A program made the position numbers and the translations under genes. DNA of 63,979 nucleotides, the filler included, from Hausera hauseri (taxonomy: Eukaryota): the NCBI GenBank assembly GCA_046269625.1. It is 11 parts of 11 records of this genome, joined end to end, with 100 filler letters (N's around TTAATTAATTAA, not from the genome) between each part and the next. Parts side by side here need not be neighbours in the genome. Positions count along the whole stretch, not along the records: positions 26,407 to 34,269 come from JBJURY010900092.1; positions 34,370 to 38,695 come from JBJURY010633997.1; 9 more parts are not named here. One strand, given 5' to 3'. The stretch's first letter is position 1; each line of letters begins with the position of its first letter. Positions 26,457 to 38,673 of the stretch are shown here, in pieces. The notes beneath the pieces were generated by a model. The model was not told where the DNA came from and did no database searches. It saw nothing but the letters and a program-made list of their open reading frames with translations.

Positions 26457-27037
26457 TAAATTGCTAGTGGACATTTATCTTCAGTGGGTGGTTCATCATC
26501 TGGCCGATCTATTATCTCAGTCTCTCTATCAATCGATTTTTTAATTAAGTCTAGTTCTTTTGTTACAGGTTCCTGAAAATGTCGCATCTCTTTGATTGTT
26601 AACATGTTTTAATTTTTAACTTGTATTGCCTGCTTATTATATTCATCATAATTTTTAATTACTTTTATTAATAGTTCTCTTCTAGAGTTTAAATAATTTT
26701 CAATTTTTTATATAATTAATTATACTTTGGCAAAGGATTGAGAACTACTCCATGTCCTTCATTAACACATTTGCATCCACCATTAAATGCCCTTAATAGT
26801 TTATAAAATTTAATTTTTTTTACTAGTTAAAGAATTGTCTTGTTTGATTTGTTCTTTTAAAAATTTTCCTATACCTTTTCCTTGATATGGAACAAAATGC
26901 AAACCCTCTCCCTTATTAGGCAAAGTCACACCATTCTTTCCTTTCATTTGTTTCAATTCTTCTTTAAGTTTTTTTGCTTCCAAATTAGTCTTCTTTGCTT
27001 GTTTTGCTTAATTAACTGCAGTCGCAACTCCACCTGC
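26457..27037 (-). pseudogene. Polinton/adintovirus-like conserved small ORFs (putative core protein and the start of the next ORF), decayed
   Basis: AGGVATAVN*AKQAK..GEGLHFVPYQGKG..GHGVVLNP resembles the AGG..AKAVN..GKGLYLKPY motif of Polinton ORFs; the next ORF has FQEPVTKEL. Confidence 0.6.
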
Positions 27038-30000
27038 AGAGACGGAGATAGAGAGACAGAGAGGCAGAGAAACATAGACAGAGACAGAGAGAGACAAAGA
27101 GAAGCAGAGAGAAAAAGGGACAGAGACACAGAGAGAGAAACAGAGGGAGAGATTGAGTGATACGTGCACAGACTGAGAGAGACAGTGACAGAGAGAGACA
27201 GCGAGACAAAGAGAGACACAGGAACAGAGAGACAGTGAGAGACATAGACAGAGACAGAGAGAGACATAGAGCGACACAGAGAAAGAGACACACACAGCGA
27301 GAGATACAGAAAGAGAAACAGCGAGAGACACAAAAAGAGAGACAACGAGAAATACAGAAAAAGAGACAGGGAGAGACAGAGACAGAGAAAGAGGCATAGA
27401 GACAGCGAGAGAATGAGACAGAGTAAGACAAAATCAGAGAGAGATAGAGAGACAGAGAGAGAAAGACAGAGAGACTGAGACAGAGAGACAGAGACAAATA
27501 GAGATAGAGACTGAAAGAGACAGAGTGACAGAGAGAGAAATAAAGAGACAGAGAAATACAGATACAGAGATACAGACAGAGACAGAGAGACTGGGATAAA
27601 GAAACAGGGTGACAGACAAGAGAGACAGAGACAGAGAGAGATAGAGATATACACATAATAAGACAGAGAGAGTGACCGACAGGCAGAAAGAGATAGAGAG
27701 AGATACACACAGACAGAGAGAATCAGAGAAAAAACAGAGACATTGACAGCAAAACAGAGAAGGATAGACAGAGAGAGACAGACATACAGGTACAGAGAGA
27801 GACAAACAGGGNNNNNNNNNNNNNNNNNNNNNNNNNNNNNNNNNNNNNNNNNNNNNNNNNNNNNNNNNNNNNNNNNNNNNNNNNNNNNNNNNNNNNNNNN
27901 NNNNNNNNNNNNNNNNNNNNNNNNNNNNNNNNNNNNNNNNNNNNNNNNNNNNNNNNNNNNNNNNNNNNNNNAGTCAAATATAGAGAGAGATACAGATACA
28001 GAGACAGAGGGGGTAAGAGATAGAGCGAGATAGAGACAGAGACAAAAACAGAGAGAGAGATTGCGAGAGAGAGANNNNNNNNNNNNNNNNNNNNNNNNNN
28101 NNNNNNNNNNNNNNNNNNNNNNNNNNNNNNNNNNNNNNNNNNNNNNNNNNNNNNNNNNNNNNNNNNNNNNNNNNNNNNNNNNNNNNNNNNNNNNNNNNNN
28201 NNNNNATAGAGACAGATAGAGAGACAGAGTGAGAAACAGTGAGAGAGACCGAGTGATACAGGCATAAGCCGAGACAGAGAGAGATAGCGAGAGGCAGCGA
28301 GACAAAGAGACACAGAAAGAGAGAGACAAAGAGCGACATAGACAAAGACAGAGAGAGACATACAGCGACACAGATAGAAAGACACACACAGCGAGAGATA
28401 CAGAAAGAGAGACAGCGAGAAATACAGAAAAAGAGACAGAGAGAGAGACAGAAACAGATAAAGAGATATAGAGACAGCGAGAGAATGAAACAGAGACATA
28501 CAAAGACAGAAATACAGGGAGAGACAGAGACAGAGAGAGATAGCGAGACAGACAGAGAAACAGACAGAGAAAGTGCGACAGAGAGACAGAGAGGGACACA
28601 GTCTAAAGGCGACAGAGTGACAGAGAGAGAGAAAGATACAAAGAGACATAGAAGGACAGAGACAGTGACAGAGACACAGACAGAGACAGAGAGAGGGAGA
28701 GACAGAAACAGAGGGAGGCACAAACAGAGAGAATCAGAGAGAGAAACAGAAACAAGGATAACGAGACAGAGAAGAAGAGACAGAAAGAGACAGACATATA
28801 ACAACAGAGAGAGAGACAGAAAGACAGGCAGACACAGAGACAAATAGGCAGAGAGACAGAGTGAGAGACAAAGAGAGAGGCAGGAAAAGAGAGAGACAGA
28901 GAGTGAGAGACAGAAAGAGAAATAGACGAACAGACAGAGCTATAGAGAGGCGGAGACAAAGACAGAGATAGAGACAGAGACAGAGACAGAGTGACTAGCA
29001 GAGAGAAANNNNNNNNNNNNNNNNNNNNNNNNNNNNNNNNNNNNNNNNNNNNNNNNNNNNNNNNNNNNNNNNNNNNNNNNNNNNNNNNNNNNNNNNNNNN
29101 NNNNNNNNNNNNNNNNNNNNNNNNNNNNNNNNNNNNNNNNNNNNNNNNNNNNNCAGGAAGATTGAGCGACAGACAGAGAGAGAGATAGAGAGAGAGGCAG
29201 AGACGGAGAAAGTGATACTGCGAGAGACAGACAAAGAGAGAGAGAGAAAGAACAGACATAGTCAGAGAGGGAGACAGAGAGAGAGCCAGAGAGAGAAACA
29301 AAGAAAGATAGAGAGCTGTGCAGACAAAGAGAGGGTGAGAGACAGACAGAGAGACAGATAGAGAGAGACAGAGAGAGGTAGTGAGATATACGCACAGAGA
29401 GAGACAGAGAGAGTGAGTGACAGCGAATGAGAGAGAGACAAACAGAAAGAGACAGAGAGACAGAAACAGATACAGAAAGAGATAGAGATAGAGAGACAGA
29501 GATAGAGAGACGGAGATACAGACAGACATAAACAGAGACAGAGACAGAGACGGAAAAAGAGAGTAACAGAGAGAGACAGAGACAGAGAGGGAGAGAAACA
29601 AAGAGAGAGCGACACAGAGATAGGGGCAGGGAGACAGAGTCAGATAGAGAGACAGAGGGAGAGACAGAGAGAGCGAGAGACAGAAACACTGAGAGACAGA
29701 GATACCAGAGACGGGGAGAGACAGAAGGCGAGACAAATGGAGATAGAGAGGGACAACGAGAGATAGGGAGAGAGACAGAAAGAGACAGAGATAGAGAGAC
29801 AGAGGGAGACATCGAGATAGCGAGACAAAGAAAGAGTCATTAAGAGATAAAGAGAAAAAGAGAGAGAGATAGAGAAAGTTAGCGACAGAGAAAAAGAGAG
29901 AGGCAAAGACAGAGAGAGGGATATTGCGATATAAAGGCAGAGTCAGAGAGGCAGACAGAGACAAACGAAGACAGAGAGAGACAGAAAGACAGAGAGAGAT

Positions 30001-33000
30001 AGAGACAGAGATAAAGGGACAGAGATAAATAGACAGAGACACAGAGACAGAGACAGAGAGCGAAAAAGAGAGCAGAGACAAAGAGCAAAGACAGAGTGAG
30101 GCAGAGAGAGAAGGAGAGCGACACAGATAGAGAGAGAGCGAGCGAGAAATACAGAAGGCAGACAGAGAGAAATACAGAAAGACAGACAGGGAGAGAAAAA
30201 TTCAGAAATAAAGAGAGAGAGAGGTAGAGACAGAGACAAAGAGGCAGAAAGAGACAGAGAAAGGTAGACAGGGATGCAGAGAGAAAGAACCAGACAGATA
30301 GAATGAGAAGGAGAGAGACAGGTAGAGAGAGACAGCGACAAAGAGAGACAAAGAGAGAAAGACAGTGACATGAAGACAGAGAGAGAGATAAAGAGAGAGA
30401 GACGGAAGAGAAAAAGACAAAGAGAGACAGAAAGAGACGGAGGGACAGAGACAGAGAGAGTGAGAAAGAGAGACAGAGAGAGACAGAAACAGAGACAGAC
30501 AGAGACAGAGACAGGGGGAGTGGTAGAGAGGGACAGGCAGACAGACAAGTGAGACTACGAGAGCCAGAGACAGAGAGAGACAGAGATAGAGTGAGAGACA
30601 GAGACAAAGATAGAGAGAAACAGAGATAGAGACCGAGTGATACAGGCACAGATTGAGAGAGAGACAGATAGATACAGCGAGACAAAGAGAGAGACAGAAA
30701 CAGTGAGACAGAGAGAGACATGGACAGAGATAGATAGAAACATATAGCGGCACAGAGAGAGACACACATCGAGAGATACAGAAAGAGAAACAGCGACAGA
30801 TACCGAAATAGAGACAGAGAGAAACGCAGAAAAAGAGACAGGGAGAGAGAGACTGAAAAAGAGACAAAGACAGCAAGAGAATGAGACAGAGACAGACAAA
30901 AACAAAGATACAGAGAGAGACAGAGGCAGAAAGATAGAGAGACAGACAGACAGAGTGAGACAGAGAGATAGAAAGAGATAAAGACTGAAAGAAACATAGC
31001 GACGGAGGGAGAGAGAGAGAGAAAGAGTCAGAAAAAAACAGAGACAGAGAGAGACACAGACAGAGAAAATCAGACAGAGAAACAGAAACAGGGATAGCGA
31101 GACGGAGAAGAAGAGACAGAGATAGACAGATAGGCAGAGAGAGACAGAGAGAGCGACAAATGGAAAGACAGAAAAAGAAAGAGACAAAGAGTGAGAGATA
31201 GAAAGAAACAGACAGACAGACAGACAGAGCTATAGATAGGCGGAGACAGAGACAGAGACAGAGACAGAGACAGACATAGATAGACAGACAGATAGACAGT
31301 GAGACAGAGAGAGAATTAGACACAAACAAAGACAGAGATACAGAGAGAGACAGAGACAGAAAGACAGAGGGGGACAGAGAGACAGAGAGAGATAGAGAGA
31401 AATACACAGAGAGACAGGGAGATTGAGCGACAGACAGAAAGAGAGATAGACAGAGAGACAGAGACGGAGAAAGTGAGACTGCTGGAGAGAGACAGAGAGA
31501 CAGAAAGAACAAACAAAGTCAAAGAGGGAGGCAGACATAGACAGAAGGCCAGAGACAGAGAGAGACAGAGAGAGATAGACAAAGAGAGATAAAGAGCTGT
31601 GGAGAGAGAGATGGTGAGAGACAGACAGATAGACAGATAGAGAGGGACAAAGAGAGATAGTGAGAGATACACAGAGAGAGATAGAGATAGAGAAAGTGAC
31701 ACTGCGAGAGATAGACGGAGAGAGAGACAGACAGAGACAGCGATAGACAGAGAGACAGAGACAGATACAGAGAGAGACAGAGATACAGACAGACATTGAC
31801 AGAGACAGAGACAGAGACAGAGAGGGACAAAGAGAAGAAGAGAGAGGCAGAGAGAGACGGAGAGGTAGAGAAACAGAGAGAGAGAGCGACACAGAGATAG
31901 AGGCAGGGAGACAGAGAGAGAGAGAGACAAAGGGAGATACAAAGAGAGCGAGACAAAAACAGCGAGAGACAGAAATAGCAAAGACAGGGAGAGACAGAGG
32001 GAGACAAATGCAGATAGAGAGGGACAACGAGAGATACAGAAAGAGAGACAGCGAAAGATACAGAAAGAGAGACAGCGAAAGATACAGAAAGAGAGACAGC
32101 GAGAGAGAGACAGAGACAGAGAGAGACAGAGGGAGACACGGAGAATGAGCGAGACAGAGAGAGACAGTGAGAGATAGAGAGAAAAACAGAGAGAAAGACA
32201 GAGAGAGTTAGCGACAGAGAGAAAGAGAGAGAGAGACAGAGACAGATAGAGGGAGACTGCAATAGAGAGCAGAGTCAGAGAGTCAGACAGAGACAGACGA
32301 AGGCAAAGAGAGTCATAGAGAGGTGGAGAGACAGAGACACAGAGACAAGGGCAGAGAGCGAATAAGAGAGCAGAGGGAGAGAGGCAGATACAGAGTGAGA
32401 CAGATAGAGACAGAGAGCGACACAGATAGAGAAAGAGCGAGAGATACAGAAGGATAGAAAGCAAAAGATACAGAAAACAGACAGCGAGAAATACAGAAAA
32501 AGAGGCAGGGAGAAACAGCGACAGAGATAAAGAGAGAGACAGAGAAAGCAAGATAGAGAGACATAGACATAGAAGGACAGAGCTAAAGAGCAATAGAGAC
32601 AGAGACAGAGTGAGAGAGAAAGAGGGAGGGAGACAGAGAGAGACTGAGAGAGACTGAGAGACAGCTAGTGATATAGAGAGAGAATCAGAGATACAGAGAG
32701 AGACAGCGATAGAGAGAAACATGGAAACAGAGAGAAAGAGAGACAGAAACAGAGAGAGACAGAGAAAGACAGAGAACGGAACAGACAGAGAGAGTGAGAA
32801 AGAGAGACAGAGAGAGACTGAAACAGAGAGAGACATAGACAGATAGAGACAGAGAGACAGAGACAGACAGAGTCAGAGAGGCAGACAAACAGAGAAAGAC
32901 AGATAGGTCGAAAGACAGAGAGAAAGATATGTAGAGACAGAGAGAGAGCGAGAAACAGAGAGAGACAGAGAGATAGAAGCAGAAACTGAAAGAGAGGCAG

Positions 33001-33960
33001 AGAGATACAGAGAGGCAGAGAGTAACAGAAAGAGAGAGACACAGAGACAGAGACAGACGAAGAGCGACACAGATACAGAGAGAGACTTCGAGATATGCAG
33101 AAAGAGAGACAGCGAGAAATACAGAAAGGCAGACAGAGAGAAATACAGAAAGGGAGACAGGGAGAGAGAGACAGAGATAGAGAGAGAGAGGGAGAGAGAA
33201 AGATAAAGAGACAGAAAGAGACAGCGAGAGACAGAGAAAGACAGAGAGGGAGATAGAAAGAAAGAACCAGACAGAGAGAGAGAAGGAGAAAAACAGAGTG
33301 ATAGAGACAGAGACAGAGACAGAGAAAGACAGAGAGATAGCGAGAGAGAGTGAGTGGGACACAGATTGAGAGAGACAGCGACAGAGAGAGAAAGAAAGAG
33401 ACATGGAGACAAAGAGAGATAAAGAGAGAGACGGAAGAGAAAAATACAGAGAGAAACAGAGAGAGACAGAGAGATAGAGGCACAGACTGAGAGAGATACA
33501 GAGAGACAGAGAGGGACAGAAAGAGAGAGACATAGATAGACATGGAGACAGGGAGAGATAAAGAGAATGAGAGACAGACATAGTAAAAGACAAAGAGAGA
33601 CGGAGAGAGACGGGACAGAGAGAGACAGAGAGAGAGACAGGGAGAGACAGAGAGAGACAGATGGAGAGACAGAGATATACACAGAGAGATACAGAGAAAA
33701 AGAGAGAGACAGAGACAGACAGATAGACATACAGAGAGAGAGACAGAGAAAGACAGATAAAGAAACAGATAGAGAGACAGAGATAAAGACAGAGGCAGAG
33801 ACAGAGAGAGACAGATACAGAGGGAGAGACAGGGAGAGACAGATACAGAGAGTCAAAGAGAGACACAGAGAGACACAGAAAGAGGGACGGACAGAGGCAC
33901 AGAGAGACACAGAGAGGGAGACATAGAGAGATACAGAGGAAGAGAGAGAGTGAGAGAAAC
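27038..33960. repeat. ~6.9-kb polypurine (GA/GACA/GAGACA) low-complexity satellite with internal N gaps
   Basis: Strand-biased A/G array; all long Ser/Leu/Val/Cys ORFs here are artefacts of the repeat. Confidence 0.97.
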
Positions 33961-34108
33961 TGAAATGAAATTACATCGCTATATATACTTCTCCAACCTG
34001 CTGTTTTATTTATATTACAAACGTATCAACATTGAGTATTTACATAGACAATCATTGTCATAAATTGCTCCTATAAGCTCCACGCATCACAAAATTCAAT
34101 GTATTCAT

Positions 34109-34267
34109 TTATTCATAATAAATATGTATCATTTCCATTACAGTACATTTACATTCTGGACACTGGTTGGTTGCTTTGGTTGTGATGTTGGAACACATTT
34201 AACAAACAACGAGATGACCACACATTAAGAACACCGTATCCAGTTTTCTTTGTTTACATAGTACACA
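34109..34267 (-). pseudogene. IAP-type RING finger fragment
   Basis: CVLCKQRKLDTVFLMCGHLVVC*MC..CPECK..IHIYYE*; DNA is homologous to 63804-63960. Confidence 0.85.
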
Positions 34268-34595
34268 CANNNNNNNNNNNNNNNNNNNNNNNNNNNNNNN
34301 NNNNNNNNNNNNNTTAATTAATTAANNNNNNNNNNNNNNNNNNNNNNNNNNNNNNNNNNNNNNNNNNNNCTTTATCCGCCTGAAACAAAGGAAGACTATA
34401 CAAACATTGTAGTTCGAACAATATGTATTGCAAACATTAAAGAATATAAAAAAAGACAGAGAAATTTTTTACTTGTGTGTACTATTCCTACATTAGCACT
34501 TGCAATATTTTTATCAAGAGTTGTTCATTAATAAATATATTTCCATGTTCAGTTGTGTATTTTATAAACAAGATCAATACCAACATGTAATTAAA

Positions 34596-35198
34596 ATGGA
34601 TCTTAACAGTAAAGCAGTATTCCAGACAGTTTGGTCAAGTAGTAGTGGGAAAACCCACTTTGTATATCAGTTATTACAAAGAGAGGATATGTTTAAAAAC
34701 AAATTTGATCGTATCTTTTGGCATCAAGGTGGAGGTGGGGAAAGTGGAATAACACTACATGAATTTTGCAAATTAAAATGTCTGCAGGTCATCAATAGAT
34801 TTGATGCGAAATGGTCTTCACGCCTAACAAAGGGTAACGTAATTGTAATCGATAATCTATTCTAGGAGGCAAATAAGGAAGCTGATTTCACTACTTTGTT
34901 TACAAAGATCGCAAGGCATAGAAAGGTAACGGTATTATTTATTATTCAGAAACGTTTCTATCAGGGAGGTTACCATCGTAAGAGGAATTTGAATGTTCAT
35001 TATTTGGTCATATTTGAAAACCCACGAGACCAATCCGTAGTGGATTATTTAGTTAGACAAGTACTTCCTCAGATTAAAAGATATGTCGTAGATGCATGCA
35101 TAGATTCAACAGAAAAACCACATAAATAACCCTTAATAGACTTTACTTAACAAAGCATTGATGATAAAGGAATTGAAACAAATATATTCTATCCTTAA
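34596..35198 (+). pseudogene. Polinton/adintovirus A32/FtsK-like DNA packaging ATPase, decayed
   Basis: Walker A remnant SSSSGKT, Walker B VIVIDNL, FTKIARH, FIIQ, LNVHYLVIFENPRD; in-frame stops. Confidence 0.92.
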
Positions 35199-35296
35199 TG
35201 CATTACTATCTATAAACTAAAAAAATGACATAAGGTAATAGTAGTCATAAATTTCCGTAAAGTGTATATTAAAGTCAAACCAAAGAAGCCAGTAAC

Positions 35297-36802
35297 AAAG
35301 AAGCCACTATCAAAGAAGATAAATCCATACGAGACTTTTTCTTTCGTATTTCCAATATTTCGGACTTTGATCGATTTTCAGAGTACATCAATAGTATTAC
35401 AGAAATTTTTGATCCACACACCACATATTTTTCTCAGGAGATGTGGGAATCTTTTAAAACTCAAATATCGGGAGAATTTCAAGGAATTGGGGCAACCCTT
35501 AGTCAAGACGTCGATGGCGTTCGTGTAGTAGACGTTGTTGCAGGAGGACCTGCATGGAAACAAAAAGCCTTAGAGCCCCAAGATGTTATCATATTTGTTC
35601 GTCAAGATAAAGAAAAAGATGGAATAGACGTGACAAAGATGAAGTTATCAGACGTTATCACCAAGATAAAAGGACCTAAAGATACGATCGTGAATCTAAC
35701 GGTTAAAAAACCAGACGGAACCATTAAAGAAATAGCCGTCCAACGAGGCATTGTGAAAATGGAGGAGGTTTACACCAAATCTGCTATCCTATCAGAAAAT
35801 GGGAAAAAAGTAGGCTACATCATGCTACCCCAATTTTACGTTCCTCAGTCCTATAACCCTTTTGATCAGGGAAGTGGAGAGCGTTACAGTTCTGAAGACG
35901 TCAAAAAAGAACTGATCAAAATGAACAAAAGTGGGGTGGATAAAATAATTTTTGACATCCGAGGCAACGGTGGGGGTTCCTTAGAAGAAGTTATTAACAT
36001 GGTAGGGCACTTTATCACAAGTGGTCCCGTCGTCCAGGAAAAACTACCCAACAAAGCACCCGTCGTACGAAACGATAGTGATAATGGGGCAATTGTCTAT
36101 AAAGGAAAACTTCTAGTTTTAGTCGATGAGCTTTCTGCTTCAGCCTCCGAGATCTTTGCAGGAGCTATACAAGACTATGGTCGTGGAATTCTGATGGGAA
36201 GTGTTCATACTTTTGGAAAAGGCACAGTACAGACAGTTATAGAACTAAATAATAAACTCATCAATGCTTTCAACAATAAAGAGCCTCTTGGTGGTCTAAA
36301 AGTAACCATTCAAAAGTTTTATCGTATCAATGGAGAAGCCAATCAATTAAAAGGCATCGAGTCTGATATTGTAATTCCCACTATCTATTCCAAGCTAAAT
36401 ATAGGGGAAAAAAGCGAAAAATTTGCTATGCCTTGGGATACTATCACGTCTGCCTCTTACAAAAAGTACAGCGATCTCCACCGTACTATTGCTTATTTGA
36501 AAGAAAGAAGTAAGGAAAGAATGGAAAAAAGTGCCTATTTCAATAAGGTAAAAAAATATGCAGACCTTTTTGGTCAGTTAGAACAAAGTAAAGTAGAGAC
36601 TCTCAATTACAAAAAAGCAAAGGAAAAGTTTTTTCAAGAAGAGAAAAAACCAGAAGATGGGGAAAAAAATGCCTTTACGGTAGAGACTTCCTACAACAAA
36701 AATGATGAGGGAGAAAAAGTAAGTTACGGAGAATTTGAGAAAAAAATAAAACAAGATCCTGTCTTACAAGAAGCTTTTAACGTTTTACAAGATTGGAGAT
36801 AA
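35297..36802 (+). CDS. prc: Bacterial carboxy-terminal processing protease (S41A, Prc/Tsp), 5'-truncated
   Basis: Frame extends upstream of the listed ATG through YINSITEIFDPHTTYFS; PDZ GIGATL, DIRGNGGGSL, SASASEIFAGAIQDYGRG, TFGKGTVQ. Confidence 0.95.
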   Translation, partial: KEATIKEDKSIRDFFFRISNISDFDRFSEYINSITEIFDPHTTYFSQEMWESFKTQISGEFQGIGATLSQDVDGVRVVDVVAGGPAWKQKALEPQDVIIFVRQDKEKDGIDVTKMKLSDVITKIKGPKDTIVNLTVKKPDGTIKEIAVQRGIVKMEEVYTKSAILSENGKKVGYIMLPQFYVPQSYNPFDQGSGERYSSEDVKKELIKMNKSGVDKIIFDIRGNGGGSLEEVINMVGHFITSGPVVQEKLPNKAPVVRNDSDNGAIVYKGKLLVLVDELSASASEIFAGAIQDYGRGILMGSVHTFGKGTVQTVIELNNKLINAFNNKEPLGGLKVTIQKFYRINGEANQLKGIESDIVIPTIYSKLNIGEKSEKFAMPWDTITSASYKKYSDLHRTIAYLKERSKERMEKSAYFNKVKKYADLFGQLEQSKVETLNYKKAKEKFFQEEKKPEDGEKNAFTVETSYNKNDEGEKVSYGEFEKKIKQDPVLQEAFNVLQDWR

Positions 36803-36853
36803 AGTTTCTAGTTTTAACTATTTATTAGCTATAAAAAAGGCAGGAAAGCTCTA

Positions 36854-36870
36854 CCCCTTAAATTAAGGGG
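36854..36870. terminator. Palindrome between convergent prc and greA (possible terminator or binding site)
   Basis: CCCCTTAA-A-TTAAGGGG; a second imperfect hairpin at ~36946-36969. Confidence 0.35.
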
Positions 36871-37000
36871 AGAACAGATCATTCTTCTCTCCCCTTTTTT
36901 TTCCTATATAGAGTTTAAATATCACACAAAAAGAAGATCTCGCTCTACAGGAGGTTTTTACCTTCTGCAAGACGAAAATTTTAGCTATAAACTAGAGAAC

Positions 37001-37477
37001 TTAGCTGTGAACGATGTACTCTATATCTTTGACTTCGTACACCTTTTCTCCAGATGGGGTTTGAACGGAGGCTTTCATGCCCTTTTTCTTTCCCATGATG
37101 GATTTGGCAAGCTGGCTTGTGATAGAAATATAATTTTTTTCCATATCTGCTTCACTCACCCCAACTAAAGAGTACGTCTCTTCCTTACTAGTGTTCACAT
37201 TGTACAAAACGACTTTCTTACCAAAAGTCACGGTATCTTTATCGAGTTTTTNNNNNNNNNNGATAACCTGACAACTCATGATCTGAGAAGATAAATTCAT
37301 GATCTGAGCATTTAATAGTCCCTGTTTCTCTTTGGCTGCATGATAATCGGCATTTTCTTTCAAATCCCCTTTTTCTCTTGCTTCTCCAATAATTTGTGGC
37401 ATTTTTTCAAATTCCTCTTTTAGTTTTTCTAATTCTATTTTGATCTTTTTCAGACCATTTTCCGTGATGGGTAACAT
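37001..37477 (-). CDS. greA: Transcription elongation factor GreA
   Basis: AREKGDLKENADYHAAKEKQG and ISITSQLAKSIMGKK; Shine-Dalgarno AGGAGG upstream; small internal N gap. Confidence 0.96.
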   Translation of the reverse strand: MLPITENGLKKIKIELEKLKEEFEKMPQIIGEAREKGDLKENADYHAAKEKQGLLNAQIMNLSSQIMSCQVIXXXXKLDKDTVTFGKKVVLYNVNTSKEETYSLVGVSEADMEKNYISITSQLAKSIMGKKKGMKASVQTPSGEKVYEVKDIEYIVHS

Positions 37478-37485
37478 AAAACCTC

Positions 37486-37779
37486 CTAATTATTATCTAA
37501 GTTACTTTTTAGAAACTTTTTTTGAGTTAGGAAAAGAAGTATCAAAATAATACCACTAAGATATAGAATAGGTGCTAAGAAGGAAAGAAAATTATAGGGA
37601 TTTTTATTGATACTATCTCCTATCAGTGCCAAAATAAAAAAACTAAAAATATAGACACCAATACCAATAAACACGAAGTTCCGGCGTCTTGTTGAAAATT
37701 CAGAAGTAAGAGTTTTCCCTTCTATTCTCTCTTCTACTTTTTCTGATTTTTTTACTGTCACGTTCTTATTTTCTTTCAT
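37486..37779 (-). CDS. Bacterial small two-TM hypothetical protein
   Basis: Shine-Dalgarno GGAGGAG before the ATG; two hydrophobic segments; operon-like spacing with purH and greA. Confidence 0.8.
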   Translation of the reverse strand: MKENKNVTVKKSEKVEERIEGKTLTSEFSTRRRNFVFIGIGVYIFSFFILALIGDSINKNPYNFLSFLAPILYLSGIILILLFLTQKKFLKSNLDNN

Positions 37780-37823
37780 GCTCCTCCCCTTCGAAATTTA
37801 CTTAATGAAGCTTCGAAATCTAC

Positions 37824-38465
37824 TTAATGAAGAAAGTGCCTTTTGCCAGTAAACCACATCGTTATCCCTATTTTTTGGCAAAAATCTATAATCTCTGGAT
37901 CTTTTTTACTCCCACCAGGTTGGATAACGTGAAAAATTCCCTCTTTTGCTACAACTTCTAAGCTATCAGGAAACGGGAAAAAAGCCTCACTAGCCAAAAC
38001 AACTTGGGGAAAAATATCTTTTATCTTTTCTTCCCCCCACAAACGAAGGACGTTTTCCTTAGCCTTTGGAATAGCAAGCTTTGTTACGGCATCATAGCGA
38101 TTGACTTGCCCTGCTCCCATGCCTAAAAGCATGAAACAGTTTGGCTTGTACTCGTATCCAATTGCTATAGCATTACTTCTTAGGTACTTCGTTATAGCAT
38201 AGGTGAAATAAAGCAAATCTCTTATCTCTACGGAGTTATCCCTACCACTGACACAATTTAAGTCCGAATTTTCAAAGACAGTGTCATCTCTATCTTGAAC
38301 TAAAAGCATGCCATCATAGCGTTTCATGTATTTTTGCTCCAGTCTTTTTTTGATAGGTAATTCCAAGATGCGCAGATCTTTATTTTTATGCTTTAAAAAC
38401 TCTAAAGCTTCTTTCGTAAAAGAAGGTGCCAAAATAACTTCTATAAATTTTCCCTTTAAGAACTT
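37824..38465 (-). CDS. purH: PurH (AICAR transformylase) C-terminal part, 5'-truncated
   Basis: KFIEVILAPSF, KYLRSNAI, GMGAGQVNR, LASEAFFPFPDS, IQPGGSKKD, TGKRHFLH. Confidence 0.95.
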   Translation of the reverse strand, partial: KFLKGKFIEVILAPSFTKEALEFLKHKNKDLRILELPIKKRLEQKYMKRYDGMLLVQDRDDTVFENSDLNCVSGRDNSVEIRDLLYFTYAITKYLRSNAIAIGYEYKPNCFMLLGMGAGQVNRYDAVTKLAIPKAKENVLRLWGEEKIKDIFPQVVLASEAFFPFPDSLEVVAKEGIFHVIQPGGSKKDPEIIDFCQKIGITMWFTGKRHFLH

Positions 38466-38547
38466 AATCTTGAAAACTTCTCTTACTCATAAATGTAAAA
38501 ATACTTCAGTTAGATTAGCACAGGAATGTAATGCTATGTGCTGATAC

Positions 38548-38673
38548 TTTTGATTGATTTATTATCCGTTCAGTCGCAGCCGACTCTCGGTCACCTCATG
38601 GATCATTGTTCTCCACACTGATCCATGAAGTATTTTGGCAGGATAGTGGAGTAGTTTGCCATTGCTTTCTCCA
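38548..38673 (-). mobile_element. 3' end of an RTE/BovB-like LINE or a derived SINE
   Basis: TTCAGTCGCAGCCGACTCT..CATGGA..TCCATG..GGCAGGATAGTGGAGTAGTTTGCCATTGCTTTCTCCA closely resembles the Bov-A/BovB 3' consensus; short (TTGA)n tail. Confidence 0.75.

Noticed and set aside
26953-33926. Many long Ser/Leu/Val/Cys-rich or Arg/Glu/Thr-rich ORFs
   Set aside because: They result from the stop-poor GA satellite and are open in several frames at once
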